From contig JANRJK010000046.1 in the NCBI GenBank assembly GCA_033764015.1, positions 202,836 through 266,835 of the forward strand: a stretch of 64,000 bases of DNA, in the 5' to 3' direction. This DNA comes from Candidatus Sumerlaeia bacterium. GTDB lineage: Bacteria > Sumerlaeota > Sumerlaeia > SLMS01 > JANRJK01. The translations under genes and the position numbers were made by a program. Positions 42,503-50,710 of the stretch are shown here, one piece after another. Every line of letters begins with the position of its first letter. The stretch's first letter is position 1. The notes under the pieces were generated by a model, which ran no database searches, had not been told where the DNA came from, and saw only the letters and a program-made list of their open reading frames with translations.

Positions 42503-44533
42503 ATGTCCGCCAGCATCCCGCAGATCGACGCCGCACTCGTCCGCCGCCTCGCCAACACCGTCCGCGGCCTCAGCATCGACGCCGTCCAGAAGGCGAACAG
42601 CGGGCACCCGGGGCTGCCGCTCGGCTGCGCGGACCTCGCCGCCACGCTTTGGCTCAACTTCCTGCGCTACGATCCCTCCGATCCCGCCTGGCCGAACCGC
42701 GACCGCTTCATCCTGTCGGCGGGGCACGGCTCGATGCTCCTCTACTCGCTGCTTCACCTCGCGGGCTACGAAGTGGCGATGGACGACCTGAAGGCGTTCC
42801 GGCAGTGGGGGAGCAGCACCCCCGGGCATCCCGAGCTGCACATCACGCCGGGGGTGGAGGCCACCACCGGCCCGCTCGGCCAGGGGCTGTCCAACGCCGT
42901 CGGCGTCGCGCTCTCGGGACTGATGCTGCGCGACCGCTTCGCGGACAAGGCGCCCGGCCTCTTCGACCACTTCGTCTACGTGCTCGCGAGCGACGGCGAT
43001 CTGATGGAGGGCGTCGCCTCGGAGGCGTGCTCCCTCGCCGGCGAGTGGCGGCTCTCGAACCTGATCGTCCTGTACGACGACAATAGCATCTCGCTCGACG
43101 GCCCCACCTCCCTGTCCTTCTCCGCGGAGGACCCGGTGAAGCGCTTCGAGTCCTACGGCTGGCAGGTGCTCCGCGCGGACGGCCACGACCCGGAGTCGGT
43201 CGCGAAGGCGACGCTCGCCGCGCAGCAGGACCCGCGCCCCTCCCTGATCGCCTGCAAGACCGTGATCGGTTACGGTTCCCCCAACAAGGCGGGCTCGTCC
43301 AAGGCGCACGGCTCCCCGCTCGGCGCGGAGGAAGTGGCGCTGACGAAGGAGAAGCTCGGCATCCCGGCCGCGGCGTTCCACGTTCCCGCCGAGGACCGCG
43401 ACGTGTGGGCCGCCCGCGCCCGCGCCAACCGCGAGGAGCACGCGCACTGGAAGGCGCGCCTCGCCGAGTTCTCCGCCAAGCACCCGGAGGCGTTCGCCGA
43501 GTACGAGGCGCTCCGCACGCAGAAGACGCCCGCCGCGATGGCCAAGGACCTCCCGGCGTTCGATCCCGCCAAGAGCGTCGCCACGCGCCGCTCGTCCAAG
43601 GACGCGCTGAACGCGATCGCCAAGCACGCCTCCTGGCTCGTCGGCGGATCCGCCGACCTGTCGAGCTCGACCAACGCCGTGATCGACGGCACCACCCGCG
43701 TGAAGGCGGGCGACTACAAGGGGCGCGACCTCTACTTCGGCGTCCGCGAGCACGCCATGGGAGCCATCGCCAACGGCCTCACCTCGCAGGGCTTCTTCCG
43801 CTGCTTCACGGCCACCTTCCTCACCTTCAGCGACTACATGCGTCCCGCGATCCGGCTCGCGGCGCTCAGCAACATCCCCAGCATCTTCGTCTTCACCCAC
43901 GACAGCGTGTTCCTCGGCGAGGACGGCCCCACGCACCAGCCGGTCGAGCACTACGCCGCGCTGCGCTCGATCCCGAACCTCGTGACGCTGCGCCCCGGCG
44001 ACGCCGCCGAGTCCGCCCAGGCCTGGCTCTTCGCGGTCGAGGAGAAGCACCACCCCTCGTGCCTCCTCTTCACGCGCCAAAACCTCCCCGTCTTCGACCG
44101 CAAGAGCGACGAATTCAACCCGGCGGACGGGCTCCGGCTCGGAGCCTACGTGCTCCGCCCCGAGAAGGGCGACAACGCGCCGGACCTGGTGCTTATCGCG
44201 ACCGGTTCGGAGCTGCACCTCGCGGTCGAGGCGGCCCGCAAGCTCGAGGCCGAGGGCCTGCGGCCCCGCGTGGTCTCGATGCCCAGTATGGAACTGTTCC
44301 GCGAGCAGGACGCCTACTACCGCGACAGCGTGCTTCCGCCCGCGGTTTCGCGGCGGCTGGTGGTCGAGTCCGGAGTCTCGCTCGGTTGGCACGAGTGGGC
44401 CGGATCGAAGGGCGAACTGGTGACGTTGGACCGATTCGGCTCGTCGGCGCCCGACACGGTGCTCGCGGCGAAGTTCGGATTCACGGTCGAGGCGGTCGCT
44501 TCGCGGGCTCGGGACCTGATGCGCCGCGGTTAG
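42503..44533 (+). CDS. tkt: Transketolase
   Basis: [74 protein letters not shown]. Confidence 0.98.
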   Translation: MSASIPQIDAALVRRLANTVRGLSIDAVQKANSGHPGLPLGCADLAATLWLNFLRYDPSDPAWPNRDRFILSAGHGSMLLYSLLHLAGYEVAMDDLKAFRQWGSSTPGHPELHITPGVEATTGPLGQGLSNAVGVALSGLMLRDRFADKAPGLFDHFVYVLASDGDLMEGVASEACSLAGEWRLSNLIVLYDDNSISLDGPTSLSFSAEDPVKRFESYGWQVLRADGHDPESVAKATLAAQQDPRPSLIACKTVIGYGSPNKAGSSKAHGSPLGAEEVALTKEKLGIPAAAFHVPAEDRDVWAARARANREEHAHWKARLAEFSAKHPEAFAEYEALRTQKTPAAMAKDLPAFDPAKSVATRRSSKDALNAIAKHASWLVGGSADLSSSTNAVIDGTTRVKAGDYKGRDLYFGVREHAMGAIANGLTSQGFFRCFTATFLTFSDYMRPAIRLAALSNIPSIFVFTHDSVFLGEDGPTHQPVEHYAALRSIPNLVTLRPGDAAESAQAWLFAVEEKHHPSCLLFTRQNLPVFDRKSDEFNPADGLRLGAYVLRPEKGDNAPDLVLIATGSELHLAVEAARKLEAEGLRPRVVSMPSMELFREQDAYYRDSVLPPAVSRRLVVESGVSLGWHEWAGSKGELVTLDRFGSSAPDTVLAAKFGFTVEAVASRARDLMRRG

Positions 44534-44551
44534 GGGTTTCCCGCACCCGAT

Positions 44552-44571
44552 AATCATATAGAATCATATAG
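44552..44571. repeat. Perfect 10-bp tandem direct repeat (AATCATATAG)x2
   Basis: Read directly; lies in an AT-rich patch immediately after the tkt stop. Confidence 0.9.
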
Positions 44572-44586
44572 TCAGGAGTATTGTGC

Positions 44587-44620
44587 GATCATGGACTTGA
44601 GCTATCTCAAGTCCATGGTC
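44587..44620. promoter_or_regulatory. Long inverted repeat (operator or hairpin)
   Basis: CATGGACTTGAG-CTAT-CTCAAGTCCATG perfect 12-bp arms, extendable to 15 bp with one G-T pair. Confidence 0.6.
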
Positions 44621-44670
44621 TAACTTTGGCTGACTCGCATGGTCTGTTAGAACCAGAGCCGCCAGAGCGA

Positions 44671-46818
44671 ATGAACTCTCCAAACTTCCCGACCGATCCC
44701 GACAACGAGCTGCAACGCTTGCGTGCTCGTTGCGCCCTATTGGAGTCGCATCTCCGGGAACTCCGCGAAGCGTTCTCGGGGTACACGGGGGTGGAGGGGC
44801 TGGGGGAGTCTATCTCCGAGCCGCCGGTCTCCTATGGAGACCGCACTTGGCCCGAACTGGGTGAAGTGGGGTTCGTCAGCGAAGAGCTATCCTCGCTGGC
44901 CAAGGCCCAGCTCATCCTTCGGCGCGAGCACGCCTTGCTTCGCGGAATCGTCCAGACGAGCGCGGCAGCGATCATCGTCTGCACCGTGGAAGGCCGCATC
45001 CTCCAGATGAACGACCGCGCGCGGGGGTTCTTCTCCCAGGCCGGGGTGCCCTTCGACGGCACCACGATCGACTGCGACGCGCTGGAACTGACCGACTTCG
45101 ACGGCAATGCCCCCGATCGCAAAGACACTTTGCTTGAACTGGTCCGCGTCCGCAGGGAGCCGGTGCCGAACATCGAGCGGCGCCTTGGCGAAGGCGCCTC
45201 CGCCCGCTACCTGTCGATCAACGCCGCCCCCTTGGAGGGTGTCGAGCACGAGCCCTCCGCCGTGGTGCTTTCCATCTTCGACGTGACGGAGCTGGTGCGC
45301 GCGGAGCGCGAGCTGCGCCGCAGCGAGAACCGTCTGCGGGTGATTTTCTCGTCCCTCGAGGGAGCGGTGGGGCTGATCGCCCCGGGCGGCGTGGTCGAGG
45401 ACTGCAACGAGTTCTTCGCCTCCCGCTTCGGCGCGAGGCCGGCGGACCTGATCGGAGCCAGCGTCTACGGCCGTGCGAAGCCGGAGAAGGCAGCCATGCT
45501 CCGCGGTGCCTACGAGCGGGTGTTCGCGACCGGCGAGACGCTCCGCGGGGAGCGCGTCTGCGACGAGCGCCGCATCGAGGAGTTCCGCCTGTGCCCCGTG
45601 CACGCCCCCGACGGGACGGTGCAGTCGATCGTCGAACTGGCGGTGGACGTGACGGAGCGCAAGCGCGCCGAGGAGCAGCGCCTGGCGCTCGCCGAGCGGC
45701 TGAAGGACACGCAGGGCCTCGAGGCGCTGGCGAAGCTCGCGGGCGGCATCGCGCACGACTTCAACAACCTCCTGCTGGCGGTGACCGCGAACGCGGACCT
45801 CGCGCTGGAAACGCTCCCGGACGACTCGCTCGCGCACGAGAGCCTCGTTGACATCCGCCGCGCGGCGGACCGCGCGACCGCGCTCTGCCGGCAGCTCCTC
45901 GCCTACTCGGGAAAGGGCCGCTTCCTGATCCGGCCGCTCGACCTGGACGCGATCGTGTCGGAGGAGCTGCAGCTGGCGGCGAGGCACTCGCCCCGCCCGG
46001 TCGAACTCGATCTCGAGCTGGCCGGAGTGTCGCCCGTGGAGGGCGACGAGTCCACGCTGCGCCAGCTGATCGCGCAGTGCGCGGCGCGGCTTTGCGAGGA
46101 GTCGGGTGTGCTGCGGGTGCTGACGGGGCGGACGCGGCTGGCGGGCGGCGCCTCCGCGCCGCGCGTGTTCGCCGGCGCGCCGCTCGGACGCGGGGGATAC
46201 GCGACGCTGCAGTTCTTCGACCCGTCGGGCCAATGGGCGCGGGAGCTGGCCGGGCCGGAGGACGCGGTCGGTCTGGGCGCCATTTCGTCGACGGTGGTGC
46301 GCAAGATCGTCCAGGCCTGGGGCGCGTCGCTGGCCGTCGAGGAAACGCCGATGGGGCACCGGGTGCTCTTCCTTTTCCCGCTGCGCGAGGATGAGACCGC
46401 GGTGCCCGCGCAGACGCCCCTCGCGACGGCGAAGGTCACGGGCGGGACGGTGCTGTTCGTGGACGACGAGGCGATGCTGCGCGAAACGGGGGCGAAGATG
46501 CTGCGGCGCCTCGGCTTCGACCCAGCCCCCTTCGGCGACGGGCGCGACGCGGCCCGCGCGGTCGCGGCGATGCCCCCGGGGCAGCCGATCGCCTGCGTGA
46601 TCGACATCACGATGCCGGGCATGGACGGCGTCGAAACGATGAAGCGCATCCGCGAGCTGCGCCCGGGCGTGCCGGTGCTGTTGTCGAGCGGCTACGCGGA
46701 CGCGCCGGTGCCGCGCGTCGCGGAGCGCACCGGGCCGGTCGAGTTCCTGCAGAAGCCCTACGGCCTCGAGGAACTCGAGCAGGCGCTATCGAAGCTGCTG
46801 GGCCGCGCTTCGCAGTAG
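44671..46818 (+). CDS. PAS-PAS hybrid sensor histidine kinase/receiver with degenerate ATP-binding domain
   Basis: Two PAS/PAC domains, H-box AGGIAHDFNNLL, receiver (VDDE, IDITMPGMDG, QKPY); N/G1/F boxes not recognisable. Confidence 0.85.
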   Translation: MNSPNFPTDPDNELQRLRARCALLESHLRELREAFSGYTGVEGLGESISEPPVSYGDRTWPELGEVGFVSEELSSLAKAQLILRREHALLRGIVQTSAAAIIVCTVEGRILQMNDRARGFFSQAGVPFDGTTIDCDALELTDFDGNAPDRKDTLLELVRVRREPVPNIERRLGEGASARYLSINAAPLEGVEHEPSAVVLSIFDVTELVRAERELRRSENRLRVIFSSLEGAVGLIAPGGVVEDCNEFFASRFGARPADLIGASVYGRAKPEKAAMLRGAYERVFATGETLRGERVCDERRIEEFRLCPVHAPDGTVQSIVELAVDVTERKRAEEQRLALAERLKDTQGLEALAKLAGGIAHDFNNLLLAVTANADLALETLPDDSLAHESLVDIRRAADRATALCRQLLAYSGKGRFLIRPLDLDAIVSEELQLAARHSPRPVELDLELAGVSPVEGDESTLRQLIAQCAARLCEESGVLRVLTGRTRLAGGASAPRVFAGAPLGRGGYATLQFFDPSGQWARELAGPEDAVGLGAISSTVVRKIVQAWGASLAVEETPMGHRVLFLFPLREDETAVPAQTPLATAKVTGGTVLFVDDEAMLRETGAKMLRRLGFDPAPFGDGRDAARAVAAMPPGQPIACVIDITMPGMDGVETMKRIRELRPGVPVLLSSGYADAPVPRVAERTGPVEFLQKPYGLEELEQALSKLLGRASQ

Positions 46819-46833
46819 GAAGGCGGCTCAGCC

Positions 46834-47199
46834 CTACGGCTTCGGCTCCGGGGCGTCCGCCGGCGCGGGCTCCGGGGCGGGAGCCGCCTTGGCGCGCTTC
46901 GCCGGCGCCTTCTTGGCGGCCGGCTTCTTCGCCGCGGGCTTCGCGGCGGCCGCCTTCTTGGCGGGCTCCTTCTTCGCCGGCGCGTTCGACCATTCGATCT
47001 CGAACTCCAGCTCGCCCTTCTTCGCGGTCGAATCGTGCTCGATCCCGAAGACGGCGTCGGCGGGAACCTTCACCTTGTTGGCGCCGACCGTGACGACGAC
47101 CGGCTTGCCGGCCTCGATGGCGTCGGCGAAGCGGCGCAGCATCGCCACGAAGCGCTTGCGGGGGTAGTTCTTCTCGATGTCGCGGATGCGCGGAGCCAT
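46834..47199 (-). CDS. Amphi-Trp domain protein with histone-H1-like Lys/Ala/Pro tail
   Basis: FVAMLRRFADAIEAG...VPADAVFGIEH...ELEFEIEW; tail PAKKEPAKKAAAAKPAAKKPAAKKAPAKRAK; AGGAG SD. Confidence 0.8.
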   Translation of the reverse strand: MAPRIRDIEKNYPRKRFVAMLRRFADAIEAGKPVVVTVGANKVKVPADAVFGIEHDSTAKKGELEFEIEWSNAPAKKEPAKKAAAAKPAAKKPAAKKAPAKRAKAAPAPEPAPADAPEPKP

Positions 47200-47356
47200 G
47201 GCGGAAACTCCTGGGAGGGAATGGCCGGTGGATGCGCGCGCGGTGCGCCGTCTTGCAAGCGGATTCGTTCCCGGTTGCTACCGTGGGTGCATCGCCGGTG
47301 CGCTCAACCCCTGCCGCGGGCCACAAGGCCCGACGGCCCACGGGATCCGAGCCTTG

Positions 47357-49066
47357 ATGCAACCCCACGAGCCGATGGAACGCCACCCCGCCGACGGCCC
47401 CTCGCCGCGCGTGGAGCGGCGCTGGCTCGCGCTGCTGTTCGCGATGGCGTTCCTGCTGCTGACCGTCGGCCTCGGGAAGAGCGGCTTCGAGGGGCGCGAC
47501 GAGCGGCGCTACGCCCGCGTCGCGTTCGAGGTGGGCCCCGGCGAGGACTTCTTCGTCATGCACTTCATGGGGGAGCTCTACCCCGACAAGCCGCCGCTCA
47601 TGTTCTGGTCGCAGGCGCTGGCGTACCGCCTCACGGGCGGGCTCAGCCCGCTCGGCGCGCGGCTGCCGCTGGTTCCGTACACGCTCGGCGCGCTGGCGTT
47701 CGCGTATTTCGCGATGCGGCGTCTCGGGGGCGCCCGCGTGGCGCTGCTCGCGCTCGCGATGCTGACCGTGGCGTTCCGGTTCGCCCATTCCGGGCGCTTC
47801 GCGCGGCTTGATATGGCGATGTGCTGCTTCACGTTCGGCAGCTTCTGGGCCACGGCGCGGATCCTGTTCCCCTACGCGGGCGAGCGGGCCGCGGGCCTGG
47901 GCGTCGTGCTCTGGGGATGGGCCGCGGCGGGCCTCGCCATCCTCGCGAAAGGTCCCGGCTTCCTCGTGTGGTGGATCGCGTTGGGTGCCTTCGCCGCCGC
48001 GCGGCGGGACTGGTCCGTCGTCAGGGCGCACCGCCCGCTGCTCGGCGTGCCCGTCATGCTGGCGGTGCCCGCGCTGTGGTTCGTCCCCGCGGCGCTGCTG
48101 GGCGGGATGGACTACATCGGCCCGATGGTCGGCACGCACGTGGTCGAACGGGCCATCGGCGCGGTGCGGCACGAGGAGCCCTTCCACTACTTCTGGCACA
48201 AGATCCTGTACGACTCCGCGCCGGTGGGTCCGGTGCTGCCGTTCGCGGCTTGGCTGCTCTGGAGCGGGCGGCGCGCGCTGCGCGAGCGCCCCGGCCTCCA
48301 GTTCGCCGCCCTCTGGCTGCTGCTGGGGCTCGTCTTCTTCAGCCTGCCGACGGGCAAGCGGTCGCTCTACATCCTGCCGCTCTACCCGGCGGCGGCGCTG
48401 CTCGCGGCGCACACGCTCTGGGCGGCGCAGGAGCGCGCGCACCGCGGCGTGGCGCGGGGCCTCTGGCTGATGCAGTGGGGGGCTTCCGCGCTGCTGCTGT
48501 TGGCCGCCCCGATGCTGCTTTGGCTCACCTTCGGGTTCGGCGAAGGGCTTCGCGAATCCCCCCCGGCATGGGTCAACGCGGGGTTCGCGCTGCCGATCGC
48601 GCTGGCGGCGGGCGCGTCGCTGCTCCAGCTCAAGCGCGGCCGGCTCGTGGCCTCCATGGCCTGCCTCGTCCTCGCGGTCCACCCCGCCTACTGGTGGCTC
48701 CACGCGGCGCTGTTCCCGATCAACCGCGACGACACCGTGGCGCGGGAGATGGCGGCGCGCATCGAGGCGGACGGCGGCGCCGGCGCGGCGGCGGCGGTGC
48801 TTGAGCCCGCCAGCGACCACCACACGATCTACGGCCGGTTCCCCTCCTTCGAGTTCGACAACAACGGCGAGGCGAGGACATGGCTGCTGGCCGCGCCGGG
48901 CCGCTTCCTGATCACCAGCAAGGAGCGCCTCGAGGAGTTCCGCGCCAACCCCGCCACGCCGCCGCTGCGGTCGCACGGCGTCTGGTTCGACCCGCAACGC
49001 GGCCGCGACTTCGCCATCGTCAGCGTCGCCCCGCCGGCGGCGGAAGGAGACGGAACGGATGATTGA
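47357..49066 (+). CDS. ArnT-like GT-C (GT39/GT83) glycosyltransferase
   Basis: DERRYARVAFE, YPDKPPLMFW, ARLDM, LAKGP, HEEPFHYF, KRSLYILPLYPA. Confidence 0.9.
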   Translation: MQPHEPMERHPADGPSPRVERRWLALLFAMAFLLLTVGLGKSGFEGRDERRYARVAFEVGPGEDFFVMHFMGELYPDKPPLMFWSQALAYRLTGGLSPLGARLPLVPYTLGALAFAYFAMRRLGGARVALLALAMLTVAFRFAHSGRFARLDMAMCCFTFGSFWATARILFPYAGERAAGLGVVLWGWAAAGLAILAKGPGFLVWWIALGAFAAARRDWSVVRAHRPLLGVPVMLAVPALWFVPAALLGGMDYIGPMVGTHVVERAIGAVRHEEPFHYFWHKILYDSAPVGPVLPFAAWLLWSGRRALRERPGLQFAALWLLLGLVFFSLPTGKRSLYILPLYPAAALLAAHTLWAAQERAHRGVARGLWLMQWGASALLLLAAPMLLWLTFGFGEGLRESPPAWVNAGFALPIALAAGASLLQLKRGRLVASMACLVLAVHPAYWWLHAALFPINRDDTVAREMAARIEADGGAGAAAAVLEPASDHHTIYGRFPSFEFDNNGEARTWLLAAPGRFLITSKERLEEFRANPATPPLRSHGVWFDPQRGRDFAIVSVAPPAAEGDGTDD

Positions 49067-49898
49067 CACAGTCAAGAAAAGCGCCCCGCGGCCGGAGCCC
49101 GTCGTGCTCGCCGCCGAGTCCGTCTGCAAGTTCTTCGGCGGCGTGAAGGCCGTGAACAACGCGTCGCTGTCGGTCCGCAAGGGGGAGATCGTCGCGCTGA
49201 TCGGCCCGAACGGCGCCGGCAAGACGACGCTCTTCAACACCGTGACGGGGCTGGTGGAGCCGACCTCGGGGCGGATCCGCTTCGACGCAGGGCGGGGCGC
49301 CGTCGATGTGGGCGGCCGCCGCCCGGACCAGGTGAACCGCCTCGGCATCGGGCGCACCTTCCAGAACATCCGCCTCTTCGCCAACCTGACGGCGCTGAAC
49401 AACGTTAAGCTCGGCGCGCACCAGAACGGTTCGACGGGGCTGCTCGGCGCGGTGCTCCGGACGCCCGCCGCGCGGCGCGAGGAGCAGGCGGTCGAGGAGC
49501 GCGCCATGCGGGCGCTCGGCTTCGTCGGCCTCGCGGACGAGGCGTACCAGCGCGCCGGCTCGCTCCCCTACGGACACCAGCGCCGCCTCGAGATCGCCCG
49601 CGCGCTCGCCCCGAGCCCCGCGCTCCTGCTCCTCGACGAGCCCGCCGCCGGCATGAACCCCACCGAGACCGAGGACCTGGTGCAGCTCATCCTCCGCGTG
49701 CGCGCCCTCGGCATCACCGTCTTCTTGATCGAGCACGACATGCACCTCGTCATGAAACTCAGCGACTACATCTATGTGCTGGACCACGGCGAGGTGATCG
49801 CCGAGGGGCTCCCCGCGGAGATCCAGCGCAACCCCCGCGTGGTGGAGGCGTACCTCGGCCCCGAGGCGGCGGCGCAGCTCGCCGGGAGCGCTCGATGA
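49059..49898 (+). CDS. livG: Branched-chain amino acid ABC transporter ATP-binding protein (LivG-type)
   Basis: LIGPNGAGKTT, RTFQNIRLF, LPYGHQRRLEIARAL, LLDEPAAGMN, IEHDM, VVEAYLG. Confidence 0.9.
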   Translation: MIDTVKKSAPRPEPVVLAAESVCKFFGGVKAVNNASLSVRKGEIVALIGPNGAGKTTLFNTVTGLVEPTSGRIRFDAGRGAVDVGGRRPDQVNRLGIGRTFQNIRLFANLTALNNVKLGAHQNGSTGLLGAVLRTPAARREEQAVEERAMRALGFVGLADEAYQRAGSLPYGHQRRLEIARALAPSPALLLLDEPAAGMNPTETEDLVQLILRVRALGITVFLIEHDMHLVMKLSDYIYVLDHGEVIAEGLPAEIQRNPRVVEAYLGPEAAAQLAGSAR

Positions 49899-50710
49899 TC
49901 GCTCCCGCAGCGCTCCTTCCTTTCATCGAGGAAACCGCCCGCGCCGCCGGCGAGGTCCACCTGCGCTACTTCCGCCGGCTCGAATCGGTCGAGAAGAAGG
50001 GCGCCATCGACCTGGTGACCGTGGCGGACCGCGAGGCGGAAGCCGTGGTGCGCGACCGGATCCGCGCGCGATTCCCCGGGCACCGGCTGCTGATGGAGGA
50101 GAGCGGCGCCTCCCCCGGCCCGGAGGACGTCACCTGGGTGGTCGATCCGCTGGACGGCACGACGAACTTCGCGCACGGGATGCGGCTCTTCGCCGTCAGC
50201 ATCGCGGTGCTCGAGGGGACGCGCCCGGTGGCGGGCTGCATCCACGCCGCGGCGCTGGACGAATGCTACACGGCGTCGCCCGGCGGCGGCGCGTGGCGCA
50301 ACGGCGCCGAGCGGCTCCGCGTCTCGACGCGCGCCGCGCTGGCGGATTCGCTGCTGGTGACCGGCTTCCCCTACGACCGGGCGCGGGTGCTGGGGCCGCT
50401 GATGGAGATGATGGGCGCGGCGCTCGCGCGCTCGCGCGGAGTGCTCCGGCTCGGCGCCGCCTCGCTCGACATGGCGGCGGTCGCGGCGGGGCACCTGGAC
50501 GGGTTCTACGAGTTCCACCTGCACCCGTGGGATGTCGCGGCGGGGGCCTTGCTGGTGGAGGAGGCGGGGGGGCGGCTGACGGATTTCGAGGGGCGCGCGT
50601 ACGACGTGCTCGCGCCGCGCACCACGGTGGCGACGAACGGGCTGGTGCACGCGGAACTGCTCGCGGCGGTGACGGGTCCGCGGGCGTCGGCGTTCGCGGC
50701 GGCTACCTGA
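49895..50710 (+). CDS. suhB: Inositol monophosphatase family protein
   Basis: DLVTVADREAE, WVVDPLDGTTNFAHG, TGFPY, GAASLD, PWDVAAG. Confidence 0.92.
   Translation: MIAPAALLPFIEETARAAGEVHLRYFRRLESVEKKGAIDLVTVADREAEAVVRDRIRARFPGHRLLMEESGASPGPEDVTWVVDPLDGTTNFAHGMRLFAVSIAVLEGTRPVAGCIHAAALDECYTASPGGGAWRNGAERLRVSTRAALADSLLVTGFPYDRARVLGPLMEMMGAALARSRGVLRLGAASLDMAAVAAGHLDGFYEFHLHPWDVAAGALLVEEAGGRLTDFEGRAYDVLAPRTTVATNGLVHAELLAAVTGPRASAFAAAT

Noticed and set aside
44543..44580. dif site or oriC unwinding element at the AT-rich patch
   Set aside because: CCGATAA resembles a XerC arm but no TTATGTTAAA-like XerD arm follows at 6-bp spacing; no DnaA boxes adjacent
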